A stretch of 64,000 bases of DNA, from NCBI GenBank assembly GCA_002696275.1, contig NZRO01000051.1, positions 63,704 through 127,703 of the forward strand, read 5' to 3'. The stretch comes from Flavobacteriales bacterium. GTDB lineage: Bacteria; Bacteroidota; Bacteroidia; Flavobacteriales; BACL11. Of this stretch, positions 1 to 9,496 are shown in pieces; position 1 is the stretch's first letter; each line of letters starts with the position of its first letter. Position numbers and translations under genes: made by a program. The notes beneath the pieces were generated by a model. It was not told where the DNA came from. It was given only the letters and a program-made list of their open reading frames with translations, and ran no database searches.

Positions 1-232
1 ATATTTCTTCATCTGAAAGATTTTTACCTTTATACTTTTCTTTCCAAATCGATTCATTCTTTCTGACTAATTCAATAGGATTTATTTCTAGTTTTTCAAT
101 GATTATTTTTAGATCTGATATACTAAAGTTGTCTTTTAAGTATTCCACTATTTCAAACTTAATGTTTTTCTCATTTAGTATAGCAAGTGTTTGTCTACTT
201 TTCCTACATCTAGGATTGTGATAAATTTTCAT
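1..232 (-). CDS. ArsC/Spx-family (glutaredoxin-type arsenate reductase-like) protein, N-terminal part; gene runs off the window start
   Basis: My own minus-strand translation from the ATG at 232-230 gives MKIYHNPRCRKSRQTLAILNEKNIKFEIVEYLKD... This matches the YHNPxCxxSRxTL N-terminus of the ArsC family. It is absent from the ORF track because it is truncated. It lies 4 nt downstream of prfB. Confidence 0.6.
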   Translation of the reverse strand, partial: MKIYHNPRCRKSRQTLAILNEKNIKFEIVEYLKDNFSISDLKIIIEKLEINPIELVRKNESIWKEKYKGKNLSDEEI

Positions 233-236
233 GGTT

Positions 237-1325
237 TTATTTTTGTCCAAATTCCATTAGGTATGATTTAATAAATGGATTTAAATCTCCATCTAAAACA
301 GCATCAGGATTTGTGGATTCGTGATTTGTTCTTAAGTCTTTTACAATTTTATATGGGTGCAAAACATAGTTTCGTATTTGCGACCCCCATTCAATTTTCT
401 TTTTATTTCCTTCGAGCTTATCTTTTTCTTCTTGAATTTTTCTTATTTCTAATTCGTAAAGTTGAGATTTTAGAAGTTGAATCGCTTTTGCTTTATTCTC
501 AAGTTGCGATCTTGATTCAGAATTTTCTATTGTAATTCCTGTTGGTGCGTGTTTTAATCTGACAGCAGATTCTGTTTTATTTACTCCTTGACCACCCGCG
601 CCGCTTGCTCTAAAAGTGTCCCAACTAACTTCTGATGGGTCAACTATTATTTCAATAGAATCATCAGCTAAAGGATACACAAAAACAGAAGCAAAAGAGG
701 TGTGTCTTTTTGCGTTAGAATCAAATGGAGAAATCCTGACTAATCGGTGTACACCATTTTCACCTTTTAAATTTCCAAATGCAAATTCTCCTTCAAATTC
801 TAAAGTTACAGATTTAATTCCTGCAGGTTCTGCTTTATGAAAATCTAACTCTTTTATTTTAAATCCGTTTTTCTCTCCCCACATCAGATACATCCTCATT
901 ATCATTTCTGCCCAATCCTGACTTTCTGTGCCTCCCGCTCCAGGGTTTATTGTCATAACCGCGGACATGCTATCTTCTTCTGCGCTTAGCATGTTTTTAA
1001 ACTCTAAATCTTCTAAAGATCTAATAGTTTTTTTGAGTTGATAATTTATTTCTTCTTCTGAACATTCTCCTTCATTAGCAAACTCCTCTAATACTATAAG
1101 TTCATCAATATTATTTTTAACTTTACTATAACTAGTTACCCATATTTTTAATTTACTTAATTGTTTTAAAGTTTTTTGTGCTTCTTCAGGATTGTCCCAA
1201 AAATTATTTGATTGGGTAATGTTTTCTAACTCCATCACTTCTTTCTCTTTCTTTTCTATAGAAAGATATTTAAAAAGATCGTCTAACCTTTTATTAAGTT
1301 CTGATATTTTTTCTGAAGAAACCAT
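237..1325 (-). CDS. prfB: Peptide chain release factor 2
   Basis: 362 aa. It carries the RF2-specific SPF motif (RISPFDS) and the GGQ motif (SGAGGQGVNKTES). The frame is uninterrupted, with no +1 frameshift site. Confidence 0.95.
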   Translation of the reverse strand: MVSSEKISELNKRLDDLFKYLSIEKKEKEVMELENITQSNNFWDNPEEAQKTLKQLSKLKIWVTSYSKVKNNIDELIVLEEFANEGECSEEEINYQLKKTIRSLEDLEFKNMLSAEEDSMSAVMTINPGAGGTESQDWAEMIMRMYLMWGEKNGFKIKELDFHKAEPAGIKSVTLEFEGEFAFGNLKGENGVHRLVRISPFDSNAKRHTSFASVFVYPLADDSIEIIVDPSEVSWDTFRASGAGGQGVNKTESAVRLKHAPTGITIENSESRSQLENKAKAIQLLKSQLYELEIRKIQEEKDKLEGNKKKIEWGSQIRNYVLHPYKIVKDLRTNHESTNPDAVLDGDLNPFIKSYLMEFGQK

Positions 1326-1338
1326 CTTTCAATAATAT

Positions 1339-1809
1339 TTATTTATCACTGTTAATTAGCTCCAAAATTAAGTTGTTTTCAAATCCTTTTTGCTGTAGGT
1401 ATTTTACAATTTTTATATTTCTAACAAATTGATTTTCTTCTTTAAGTGAATTCTTCTTTTTTTTATGCAATTCTTTTAATACAGAATAATATTCTTTATC
1501 ATCAATCTGCTCTAAGCCTTTGTTGATACAGGAAACAGAGATTTTCCTTAGTCTTAGTTCGTTTTTTATTTTTATTTTCCCCCATCTCTTTATTCTGAAC
1601 TTACCCCTACAAAAGGATTCAGCAAACCTCTGTTCATCTATAAATTTTTCTAGAATCAAATCTGAGAGGATGTTTTCAATGATATCTTCTTTTACTCCCC
1701 ATTCTTTCATTTTCTTTTCTACTTCCCAACGACATCTATCTTGTAATGCGCAGTAGGATTGTATCCTTTCTATAGCTTCTTTTAAATTATATGTTTTGTT
1801 CTTTTGCAC
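1339..1809 (-). CDS. recX: RecX-family regulatory protein
   Basis: 156 aa helical-repeat protein. The segment QRFAESFCRGKFRIKRWGKIKIKNELRLRKIS is typical of RecX. Confidence 0.7.
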   Translation of the reverse strand: MQKNKTYNLKEAIERIQSYCALQDRCRWEVEKKMKEWGVKEDIIENILSDLILEKFIDEQRFAESFCRGKFRIKRWGKIKIKNELRLRKISVSCINKGLEQIDDKEYYSVLKELHKKKKNSLKEENQFVRNIKIVKYLQQKGFENNLILELINSDK

Positions 1810-1843
1810 TTTTCAAAAATACATATTATTAGTTTATTAATTC

Positions 1844-1851
1844 TATTTTTG
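1844..1851 (+). promoter_or_regulatory. Bacteroidetes-type -7 promoter box (TATTTTTG) for the MFS gene; the transcript is probably nearly leaderless
   Basis: Exact match to the TAnnTTTG consensus. It ends 5 nt before the ATG at 1857. Confidence 0.4.
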
Positions 1852-1856
1852 CAAGA

Positions 1857-3119
1857 ATGAAAAATAAACAAGCAATAACTCTTTTATTTATCTCAAATAT
1901 TATTTCTGGATTTGCTCAGGGTATTAGTATGATGGCAATACCCTGGTATTTTGTAGATGTTGTTGCTCGTCCTTCTATTTTCGCATACTTCTACTTAATT
2001 ATTACTTTTCTTACTCTTTTTTGGGGCTTGTACGCAGGTACTATTATTGATAGGTACTCTAGAAAAAAAGTTTTTATCTATACCAATTTAGTATGTGGAT
2101 CTGTAATAGCTCTGGTTTCTTATTATGGATTTAGATTTGATAATGTGCCAGATTTTTTTGTACTATTAGTATTTGGATTAACCATCTTTAATTATAATAT
2201 TCATTATCCTAACTTATACGCTTTTGGACAAGAAATAACAGAAAAGAAAAATTATGGAAAACTTAATTCCTACATAGAGGTTCAAGGTCAAGTAACATCA
2301 ATGTTTGCAGGTGCATTTGCTGCAATTTTACTATCCGGAACTTCTTCAGAAAGTTTTAGTATTGCTGGAATACACATTTCACTACCTTTTACTATTGAGG
2401 CTTGGTCAATTCAGAAGGTTTTCCTTATGGATGCAGTCACTTATTTTATTGGTATAGCTTTATTTTTATTGATTAAATATACACCTATCGTAAAAGATGA
2501 AATTCATTTGGGTTCTTTATTTTCTAGATTAAAATTAGGTTTTAAATATTTAAAATCTAATCCGTCCATTTTTGCTTTTGGAACTTTGTCGTATATGTTA
2601 TTTGCATTTACCATAGTAGAAATTCATATGTTACTACCATCATATGTTGAACGGTTTATGAATGAGTCTGCAAATGTTTATGCTTCAGCTGAAGTATATT
2701 ACTCTATAGGAGCAATATTGTCTGGAGTATTAGTATATAGATTCTTGAGTAAATATAATGATTATTTGAGTATTGTTTCATTAATGTTTATTGTGAGTAT
2801 TGCTTTTATATGTATGAGTTTTAGTGATAATATTATTCTATTTTTTACTGCTAATTTGATCTTAGGAATTACAAATGCTGGTGTTCGAATTCTCAGAACT
2901 ACTTATTTGTTTTCTAATATTCCAAATAATTTAATTGGAAGGGCTAGTAGTGTTTTTAGTTCTATAAATGTAACTATAAGAATGATTCTAATCTTTATAT
3001 TTTCTATGCCCTTTTTCCTAATTGAAGATAATATAAGATGGGGATATTTTGCAGGAGCATCTTTAATTTTGATTACTGTATCGCTGTTACTATACTGTTA
3101 CAAAAAAGAGAAGTCCTAA
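1857..3119 (+). CDS. MFS-type transporter
   Basis: 420 aa, with about 12 hydrophobic segments. It has an RYSRKK loop after TM2, like the MFS D-R-x-G-R-[KR] motif position. Confidence 0.65.
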   Translation: MKNKQAITLLFISNIISGFAQGISMMAIPWYFVDVVARPSIFAYFYLIITFLTLFWGLYAGTIIDRYSRKKVFIYTNLVCGSVIALVSYYGFRFDNVPDFFVLLVFGLTIFNYNIHYPNLYAFGQEITEKKNYGKLNSYIEVQGQVTSMFAGAFAAILLSGTSSESFSIAGIHISLPFTIEAWSIQKVFLMDAVTYFIGIALFLLIKYTPIVKDEIHLGSLFSRLKLGFKYLKSNPSIFAFGTLSYMLFAFTIVEIHMLLPSYVERFMNESANVYASAEVYYSIGAILSGVLVYRFLSKYNDYLSIVSLMFIVSIAFICMSFSDNIILFFTANLILGITNAGVRILRTTYLFSNIPNNLIGRASSVFSSINVTIRMILIFIFSMPFFLIEDNIRWGYFAGASLILITVSLLLYCYKKEKS

Positions 3120-4645
3120 TTGATGATGCTATATTGTAATAAATGTAATCTTTCATCTCCTTTAATGGTAATTTTCCTACTAAATTTCTTTCTCCATTTA
3201 TGTCTGATAGATGTAAAGAAAATCCCTTTGTTAATATGAGAAGCAACAAATGGATGTGCTGCAATTTTTATTTCTCCTTTTTGTGTTTGAGTAAGGTTGT
3301 GAATCTTATTTTCTATTGTTTCTATTAAAAGTAAACTAGAGTCTATTTTTCCTTTTCCTGTACACATTGGACATTTCTCCATTGTATCTATTTTCATTTC
3401 TGGTCTAACTCTTTGTCTAGTGATTTGCATCAAACCAAACTTAGTTAGTGGTAAAATATGATGTTTTGCTTTGTCTTCTTTCATTACTTCTACCATTTTA
3501 TCGTAAACCGCTTTTCTGTTTAGAGTGTTATTAAGGTCAATAAAATCAACCACTATAATTCCTCCCATATCTCTTAATCGTAGCTGACGAGCGACCTCTT
3601 CGACCGCAATCATATTTACAGATAGAGCATTCGCTTCCTGATTTTTATTAGAGTCTACTTTTTTACCGCTATTTACATCTATAACATGTAATGCTTCAGT
3701 ATGTTCAATTACAAGGTAGGTTCCATTTTTCATATTAGCAGTTTTTCCAAATGAACTTTTTACTTGTTGAGTTATTCCCATTTTTTGAAATATTGGAGTT
3801 TCTCCTTTGTATAATCTTACTATTTTCTCATGTTCAGGAGAAATCCTAGATAAATATTCTTTCAATTCGGATTGTAAATCAGCATTGTTTACATGTATTT
3901 TGCTAAACTCAGAATTTAATAAATCTCTTAAAATTGCAGAAGAACGATTTAGTTCTCCATGAATTCTGTCTGTCAGATTGCTTGTTTTCAGTTTTTTATA
4001 AATAGACTGCCATTTTTTGTATAGATTTTTTAGATCTTTATCTAACTCAGCAACTTTTTTATTCTCCGCAACAGTTCTAATAATTACACCAAATCCCTTA
4101 GGTTTTATACTGTGGATTAATTTTTTTAAGCGAGTCCTTTCTTCACTACTTTTGATTTTTTGAGATACAGAAACTCTATCTGAAAATGGTATAAGAACCA
4201 TGTATCTTCCTGCAAAGGAAAGTTCTGTAGAGAGTCTAGGTCCCTTAGATGATATAGGCTCTTTAGAAACTTGTACTAGAATATGATCCCCAGACTTTAG
4301 GATATCTTGTATTTTCCCTTCTTTAAGAGTGTCTTTTTCTCTTCTAAAGTTCTTTAAGGAAGCTGTATTAAGTTTCTTATTTCTTGTTTTATCTGTAAAT
4401 TTCTTGAAAGAGTTTACTTGAGATCCTAAGTCTAAATAATGAAGAAACCCATCTTTATCGTGTCCAACATTTACAAATGATGCATTTAGACCAGGAACTA
4501 TTTTTTTAACTTTTCCTAGGTAGATATCTCCAACAGAATAATTGTTATCGTGTTTTTCTTTGTGTAGCTCTACAAGTTTACCTTCTTTTAATAAGGCTAT
4601 AACAACTTCAGTTGTTCTGGAATCAATTACAAGCTCGAATTTCAT
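3116..4645 (-). CDS. rng: Ribonuclease E/G family (RNase G-like)
   Basis: 509 aa. The N-terminus has an S1 domain (GDIYLGKVKKIVPGLNASFVNVG). The catalytic core contains HVIDVNSGK, and there is a CPMCTGKG zinc-link-like motif. Confidence 0.85.
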   Translation of the reverse strand: MKFELVIDSRTTEVVIALLKEGKLVELHKEKHDNNYSVGDIYLGKVKKIVPGLNASFVNVGHDKDGFLHYLDLGSQVNSFKKFTDKTRNKKLNTASLKNFRREKDTLKEGKIQDILKSGDHILVQVSKEPISSKGPRLSTELSFAGRYMVLIPFSDRVSVSQKIKSSEERTRLKKLIHSIKPKGFGVIIRTVAENKKVAELDKDLKNLYKKWQSIYKKLKTSNLTDRIHGELNRSSAILRDLLNSEFSKIHVNNADLQSELKEYLSRISPEHEKIVRLYKGETPIFQKMGITQQVKSSFGKTANMKNGTYLVIEHTEALHVIDVNSGKKVDSNKNQEANALSVNMIAVEEVARQLRLRDMGGIIVVDFIDLNNTLNRKAVYDKMVEVMKEDKAKHHILPLTKFGLMQITRQRVRPEMKIDTMEKCPMCTGKGKIDSSLLLIETIENKIHNLTQTQKGEIKIAAHPFVASHINKGIFFTSIRHKWRKKFSRKITIKGDERLHLLQYSIIN

Positions 4646-4682
4646 GATTGAAATTACTTAATTAAATAAAACAAATTAATGT

Positions 4683-4772
4683 TTATTTGTTTTTGTGCCT
4701 GTTCTTTCTCAAACGTTTTTTTCGTTTGTGAGTTGAAATCTTTTTTGCTTTTTTCTTTTTTGCTCCTCCCAT
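4683..4772 (-). CDS. Candidate 29-aa Lys/Arg-rich small protein (bS22 / AURKAIP1-COX24 (mS38)-like)
   Basis: My own translation gives MGGAKKKKAKKISTHKRKKRLRKNRHKNK, running ATG to TAA. It is co-oriented between hup and rng and has an A-rich leader. It is too short for the supplied ORF track. Confidence 0.45.
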   Translation of the reverse strand: MGGAKKKKAKKISTHKRKKRLRKNRHKNK

Positions 4773-4803
4773 GATTATATTTTTGTTACTAGATTCTAGT
4801 ATA

Positions 4804-5088
4804 TTATTTTACATTATTTTTTACATCTTCTTTAAAAACCTTTGCGGGTTTAAAAGCAGGAATATGATGTGCTGGAATTACAATAGTTGTGTTTTTCGAA
4901 ATATTTCTACCAGTTTTTTCTTTTCTTTCTTTCGCTAAAAACGTTCCAAATCCTCTTAAAAAAACTGATTCATTTTTTTTTATTGATTCTTTTATTTCTA
5001 ACATTAACGACTCTACAACTGTTGACGCTGTTGTTTTTTCTACTCCAGTTCTTTCAGATATTTTGCTTATAATCTCTGCTTTTGTCAT
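4804..5088 (-). CDS. hup: HU-family DNA-binding protein
   Basis: 94 aa. The segments FLRGFGTF and ...GRNISKNTTIVIPAHHIPAFKPAK show the classic HU/IHF fold with its beta-arm. Confidence 0.9.
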   Translation of the reverse strand: MTKAEIISKISERTGVEKTTASTVVESLMLEIKESIKKNESVFLRGFGTFLAKERKEKTGRNISKNTTIVIPAHHIPAFKPAKVFKEDVKNNVK

Positions 5089-5139
5089 TTCTAAATAAAA
5101 ATTTATTTTGTTTGGTTTATTATTATATTTTTGAATTTA

Positions 5140-5147
5140 CAAATATA
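5140..5147 (-). promoter_or_regulatory. Bacteroidetes-type -7 promoter box (TATATTTG on the minus strand) for hup
   Basis: The plus-strand sequence caaatata is the reverse complement of TAnnTTTG. It lies about 50 nt upstream of the hup ATG. Confidence 0.35.
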
Positions 5148-5214
5148 TTAATTTTACTAATAAAACAGCTTTGTAATATTTTTTTATTTGTAGAACCCTA
5201 ACTTTCAATAGATT

Positions 5215-6249
5215 ATGATTTTCCAAAAGAAAATTACAGAGTGGTACCATAAAAATAAAAGGGATTTGCCTTGGAGAAATACGACAGATCCGTATAAAGT
5301 TTGGATTTCCGAGATAATTTTACAGCAAACAAAGGTGTCTCAGGGATTGCCGTATTATAACAGATTTATAATGGAGTTTCCTACAATAACAGATTTAGCA
5401 AATGCAAAAGAAGATCATGTTTTGAAAATATGGCAAGGGTTAGGTTATTATTCAAGAGCAAGAAATCTTCACTTTACAGCAAGATTAATAAGAGATAAAT
5501 ATCATTCGATTTTCCCATCAGATTATAAAAGTATAAAAGAGTTAAAGGGAGTAGGAGACTATACATCAGCAGCAATATCGTCCTTTTGTTTCAAACTTCC
5601 ATATGCAGTATTAGATGGAAATGTATTTAGGCTTCTTAGTAGATATTTTGCTATTGACACTCCAATTGATTCAAGTGATGGAAAAAAAACATTTAAGAAA
5701 ATATCTCAAGAGTTAATCTGTCATAAAAATCCTGATATTTATAATCAAGCAATAATGGAATTCGGAGCTATACAATGCATTCCTAAAAATCCATCTTGTT
5801 CAGTTTGTGTTTTAAATTCTTCGTGCAAGTCGTATGGTACAGAATTAGTAGAATTACTTCCAATAAAGAGCAAGTCATTGAAAGTATCAAATAAGTATTT
5901 TAATTACATAATTTTTAACTTAGGAGATAACACATTTATACACAAAAGGAACATGGGAATTTGGAAATCGTTATATCAGTTCCCATTAATCGAAGGGGAG
6001 TTTTCATTTCATGAAATACAGAATTTAAATGTATGGAAAGAGTTAGTTAAGCAAGCAACTGTAAGATTGAAATTTTCTTCTTTACCAATTAAACATAAGT
6101 TGTCTCACCAATTAATCAATGCTGTTTTTCATCATGTAGAAGTAAAAGATGTTATTTCTGAAAAATATTTAAAGATAAGGTGGTCTAAACTAGATGATTA
6201 TCCCCTCCCTAGATTGATTGATAAATACTTGGAAAGCTTGAAAAAGTAA
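5215..6249 (+). CDS. mutY: A/G-specific adenine DNA glycosylase
   Basis: 344 aa. The N-terminus reads DLPWR...PYKVWISEIILQQT, followed by a helix-hairpin-helix (LKGVGDYTSAAI). A 4Fe-4S cluster loop is present (CIPKNPSCSVCVLNSSC, spacing C-x6-C-x2-C-x5-C). A NUDIX-like C-terminal domain is present. Confidence 0.9.
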   Translation: MIFQKKITEWYHKNKRDLPWRNTTDPYKVWISEIILQQTKVSQGLPYYNRFIMEFPTITDLANAKEDHVLKIWQGLGYYSRARNLHFTARLIRDKYHSIFPSDYKSIKELKGVGDYTSAAISSFCFKLPYAVLDGNVFRLLSRYFAIDTPIDSSDGKKTFKKISQELICHKNPDIYNQAIMEFGAIQCIPKNPSCSVCVLNSSCKSYGTELVELLPIKSKSLKVSNKYFNYIIFNLGDNTFIHKRNMGIWKSLYQFPLIEGEFSFHEIQNLNVWKELVKQATVRLKFSSLPIKHKLSHQLINAVFHHVEVKDVISEKYLKIRWSKLDDYPLPRLIDKYLESLKK

Positions 6250-6261
6250 AAAATAAAAATG

Positions 6262-6269
6262 TATATTTG
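6262..6269 (+). promoter_or_regulatory. Bacteroidetes-type -7 promoter box (TATATTTG) for ssb-gldE-gldD
   Basis: Exact TAnnTTTG match, 15 nt upstream of the ssb ATG. Confidence 0.4.
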
Positions 6270-6283
6270 TAAAAATAATCATT

Positions 6284-6706
6284 ATGGCAGGAGTAAATAA
6301 AGTAATTTTATTAGGAAATCTTGGGAAAGACCCTGAAGTTAGACATTTAGACAATGGAGTTGCTGTTGCAAATTTTTCTTTAGCTACAACAGAATCCTAT
6401 ACTAATAAGCAAGGAGATAGAGTAAATCAAACAGAATGGCATAATATAGTTTTGTGGAGAGGATTAGCTGATATTGCTGAGAAATATCTAAAAAAAGGAA
6501 ATTCTGTATATATTGAAGGAAAGATTTCTACTAGAAAATGGGAGGATAAAGAAGGTAATTCTAAATATTCTACAGATATCATTGCTGATAAGATGACTAT
6601 GTTAGGTTCAAAACAAGGAAATACTTCTTCTACACCTAATCAAGATTCAGAAACGCCTTCACTAGAAACTCTAGAGGAATCAGGTAATGATGATTTACCA
6701 TTTTAA
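6284..6706 (+). CDS. ssb: Single-stranded DNA-binding protein
   Basis: 140 aa. It has an OB fold ([16 protein letters not shown]...TEWHNIV) and an acidic tail ending DDLPF. Confidence 0.95.
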   Translation: MAGVNKVILLGNLGKDPEVRHLDNGVAVANFSLATTESYTNKQGDRVNQTEWHNIVLWRGLADIAEKYLKKGNSVYIEGKISTRKWEDKEGNSKYSTDIIADKMTMLGSKQGNTSSTPNQDSETPSLETLEESGNDDLPF

Positions 6707-6716
6707 TGTATAAATT

Positions 6717-8039
6717 TTGGTAGCAGACCCCTTTCCCATACTTTTAAACACAATAATTTCAGTTGAAATAAAAGATTTAACTATTGGGTTAGTTATTGGA
6801 ATAATAATTGTATTTATCCTTATTTTTCTATCCGCTTTAGTTTCAGGTTCTGAGGTTTCTTTCTTTTCACTAAGTTCTAAAAATTTAGAGGATCTATCTG
6901 AAATTGATGAGAAAAAAGAAGATCAGATTAGAAGTTTGTTATCTAATCCAAACAAATTGTTAGCTACTATACTTATAACAAATAATTTTATAAATGTTGC
7001 TATTATTATACTTTCATCTTATTTAACAGCAAATATCTTTGATTTTTCTTCGTCTAAAACTTTTCAGTTTATTGTTCAAGTAATAGTTATTACATTTGTA
7101 TTAGTGTTGTTAGGAGAGATTACTCCCAAAGTATACGCAAAACAGAATGCAGTTTTGTTTAGTAAAAGAATGTCTTCTATAATAAAGTTTTTTGAAACTA
7201 TATTTTCACCATTTTCCTCAATTTTAATTAAAACGAGTTCTTTTATAGATAAAAGATTAAAACAAAAATCTATAGATATTTCAATGGAAGAAATATCTCA
7301 GGCAATAGAATTAGCTAGTGATGGAGATCAACTAGAAGAAGAAAAAAAGATTTTAAAGAGTATTGTAGAGTTTGGAAATATTGATGTTAGAGAAATTATG
7401 AAGCCTAGGATAGATGTTGTTTCTTTAGAAAAAAATGTTTCTTTTGATCAAGTTTTGAATCTAATTGTGTCCTCTTCATATTCTAGGATACCTGTGTATG
7501 AAGGTTCATTTGACAATATTCATGGAGTATTATACATTAAAGATTTAATACCTCATATATCCTCAAAAAATGTTGACTGGAATTCAATGTGTCATGAGGC
7601 TTTATTTGTACCTGAAACAAAAAAAATTAATGATCTATTAAAAGAATTTCAGGAAAAGAAAATACATTTAGCAATTGTTGTTGATGAATATGGAGGTACA
7701 TCAGGGATTGTTACTTTAGAAGATGTATTAGAAGAAATTGTTGGAGAAATAAATGATGAGTTTGATGATGATGGAAATCAATATTCAAAATTAGATAGAG
7801 ATAACTTTGTTTTTGAGGCAAAAATATCCATAAATGATTTTCTTAAAGTTGTTGAAGGAGAAACAGATTATTTTGATGAAATTAAGGGTGATGCGGATAC
7901 TCTTGCGGGTTTGATAATTGAACGAACTGGTATTATTCCTAAAATTTCTGACAAGGTTGATTTTCCTCCTTATACTTTTTTTATTGAATCTGCTGATGAG
8001 AGAAAGATTAATAGAGTAAAAGTACATATACATAGATGA
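6717..8039 (+). CDS. gldE: Gliding motility protein GldE (CNNM/TlyC/CorC family: DUF21 + CBS pair + CorC_HlyC)
   Basis: 440 aa, with 4 N-terminal TM segments, a CBS pair and a C-terminal transporter-associated domain. The ssb-gldE-gldD synteny matches Flavobacterium johnsoniae. The apparent start is TTG. Confidence 0.8.
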   Translation: MVADPFPILLNTIISVEIKDLTIGLVIGIIIVFILIFLSALVSGSEVSFFSLSSKNLEDLSEIDEKKEDQIRSLLSNPNKLLATILITNNFINVAIIILSSYLTANIFDFSSSKTFQFIVQVIVITFVLVLLGEITPKVYAKQNAVLFSKRMSSIIKFFETIFSPFSSILIKTSSFIDKRLKQKSIDISMEEISQAIELASDGDQLEEEKKILKSIVEFGNIDVREIMKPRIDVVSLEKNVSFDQVLNLIVSSSYSRIPVYEGSFDNIHGVLYIKDLIPHISSKNVDWNSMCHEALFVPETKKINDLLKEFQEKKIHLAIVVDEYGGTSGIVTLEDVLEEIVGEINDEFDDDGNQYSKLDRDNFVFEAKISINDFLKVVEGETDYFDEIKGDADTLAGLIIERTGIIPKISDKVDFPPYTFFIESADERKINRVKVHIHR

Positions 8040-8599
8040 AAAAACTAATTGTTGTCTTATTTATACTGATTTTAGTTTTAAGTCTCTTTTTCTATAAAAA
8101 AAAATATGAGTATTATATTCCAAAGCCAGAAGCGCTTGTTAAAATAGAACTGCCCGATAGTAGAATTTCTCTATTTAAAGATGAAAAAATATCTTTTAAT
8201 TACTCTAATTCATCAGTTGTTAGTGTAAAAGATAATTTTTATTCAATTGAATACCCAGATTATTCATCATCTATTTCATTTAGGATAAGCCCTCTTCTAG
8301 ATTTTGATTTAGAACTTTATAATTTTGAAAATTCTATTTCAATACATGAAAAGCAGGGTGCAAATATAAATGCTAATATTATACAAGATACTTCAGAAAA
8401 TATTTATGGAGTTTTATGTTATTTAGTAGGTAATAATATAGCGACTTCTTCTCAATTCTTTGTTACGGATAGTGCGGACTTTTTTGTTAGAGGAGGATTA
8501 GATTTTGAATGTGCAATCTCTTCTGAAATTGAGGTTCAGAATATTATAATGAAACAAGAGATTCTCAAATTTATCCAATCCCTTAGGTGGGTAGACTAA
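8036..8599 (+). CDS. gldD: Gliding motility protein GldD homolog
   Basis: 187 aa, with a 4-nt ATGA overlap with gldE. After the N-terminal hydrophobic segment it reads IPKPEALVKIELP, which resembles my recollection of GldD. Synteny supports the call. There is no lipobox Cys. Confidence 0.6.
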   Translation: MKKLIVVLFILILVLSLFFYKKKYEYYIPKPEALVKIELPDSRISLFKDEKISFNYSNSSVVSVKDNFYSIEYPDYSSSISFRISPLLDFDLELYNFENSISIHEKQGANINANIIQDTSENIYGVLCYLVGNNIATSSQFFVTDSADFFVRGGLDFECAISSEIEVQNIIMKQEILKFIQSLRWVD

Positions 8600-8617
8600 T
8601 AAAATTAAACTTACGGA

Positions 8618-9496
8618 ATGAGTTCATATTATAAAAATTATTTTATTTTATTAATACTATCTGTTATTTGGGGTAGTTCCTTTATACTAATGAAAAGAGG
8701 TTTAGAGGAGTATACAGACATGCAAGTAGCTGCCCTTAGAATATTTATTGCATTTATATCATTAGTTCCATTTTTGTATACAGCTTTAAAGAAACTGAAA
8801 AAAAAACACACTATTCCTCTATTTATTACTGGTGTAATTGGTAATGGGGTTCCAGCTTTCTTATTTACAAAAGCACAAACCACATTAGAAAGTTCATTTG
8901 TAGGTATGTTAAATTCCTTAACTCCCATATTCACCTTATTTTTAGGTATATATTTTTTTAAGATAAAACCCTCTACTCTAAATATAGCTGGCGTGTTGCT
9001 TGGATTTTTAGGAGCTATTTTACTTTATTTTTCCGAGATGTCGAACTTACATACAATTAATTTTAGTGTGCTTTTGGTTGTTGTTGCATGTTTGTTTTAT
9101 GGTGTCTCTGTGAATGTTATCCGAAAATATTTAGCAGAAATGAATCCTATTGATATTTCCGCTATGGCTTTTTTATATGTTGGTCCATTTGCTGGCTATT
9201 ATGTATTTTCAACAGATTTTGTGGAAATAGCTTCAACTAAGAATGGTCTATCTTCATTAGGATATGTCACAATTTTAGCTATTTTGGGGACATCTTTCTC
9301 AGTGGTGTTATTTAACAAACTAATAAAGGATACTTCTGCAATATTCGCTGCTTCTGTAACTTATCTTATACCAATTGTTGCAATTCTATGGGGTGTATTA
9401 GAAAATGAGCCTATTAAGTATGAACACTATATTGGTGTTTGTATTATTCTTTGCGGAGTGTATTTAGTAAATAAAAAGAAAACTACTCCAGAATGA
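8618..9496 (+). CDS. EamA/DMT-family transporter
   Basis: 292 aa, 10 predicted TM segments in two EamA-like halves. Confidence 0.7.
   Translation: MSSYYKNYFILLILSVIWGSSFILMKRGLEEYTDMQVAALRIFIAFISLVPFLYTALKKLKKKHTIPLFITGVIGNGVPAFLFTKAQTTLESSFVGMLNSLTPIFTLFLGIYFFKIKPSTLNIAGVLLGFLGAILLYFSEMSNLHTINFSVLLVVVACLFYGVSVNVIRKYLAEMNPIDISAMAFLYVGPFAGYYVFSTDFVEIASTKNGLSSLGYVTILAILGTSFSVVLFNKLIKDTSAIFAASVTYLIPIVAILWGVLENEPIKYEHYIGVCIILCGVYLVNKKKTTPE

Noticed and set aside
1260-1268. I looked for the programmed +1 frameshift site of prfB (E. coli has TAT CTT TGA C near codon 25).
   Set aside because: The equivalent codons here read TAT CTT TCT (Y20-L21-S22) in one continuous 362-codon frame. This prfB is simply the non-frameshifting type, and nothing is unusual or broken.
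4787-4801. A 15-nt perfect palindrome, tactagattctagta, between the hup stop and the micro-ORF start.
   Set aside because: It is short, AT-rich and has a 1-nt centre, so as RNA it forms only a marginal hairpin. Palindromes of this size are expected by chance in 30% GC DNA. I note it only as context for the micro-ORF.
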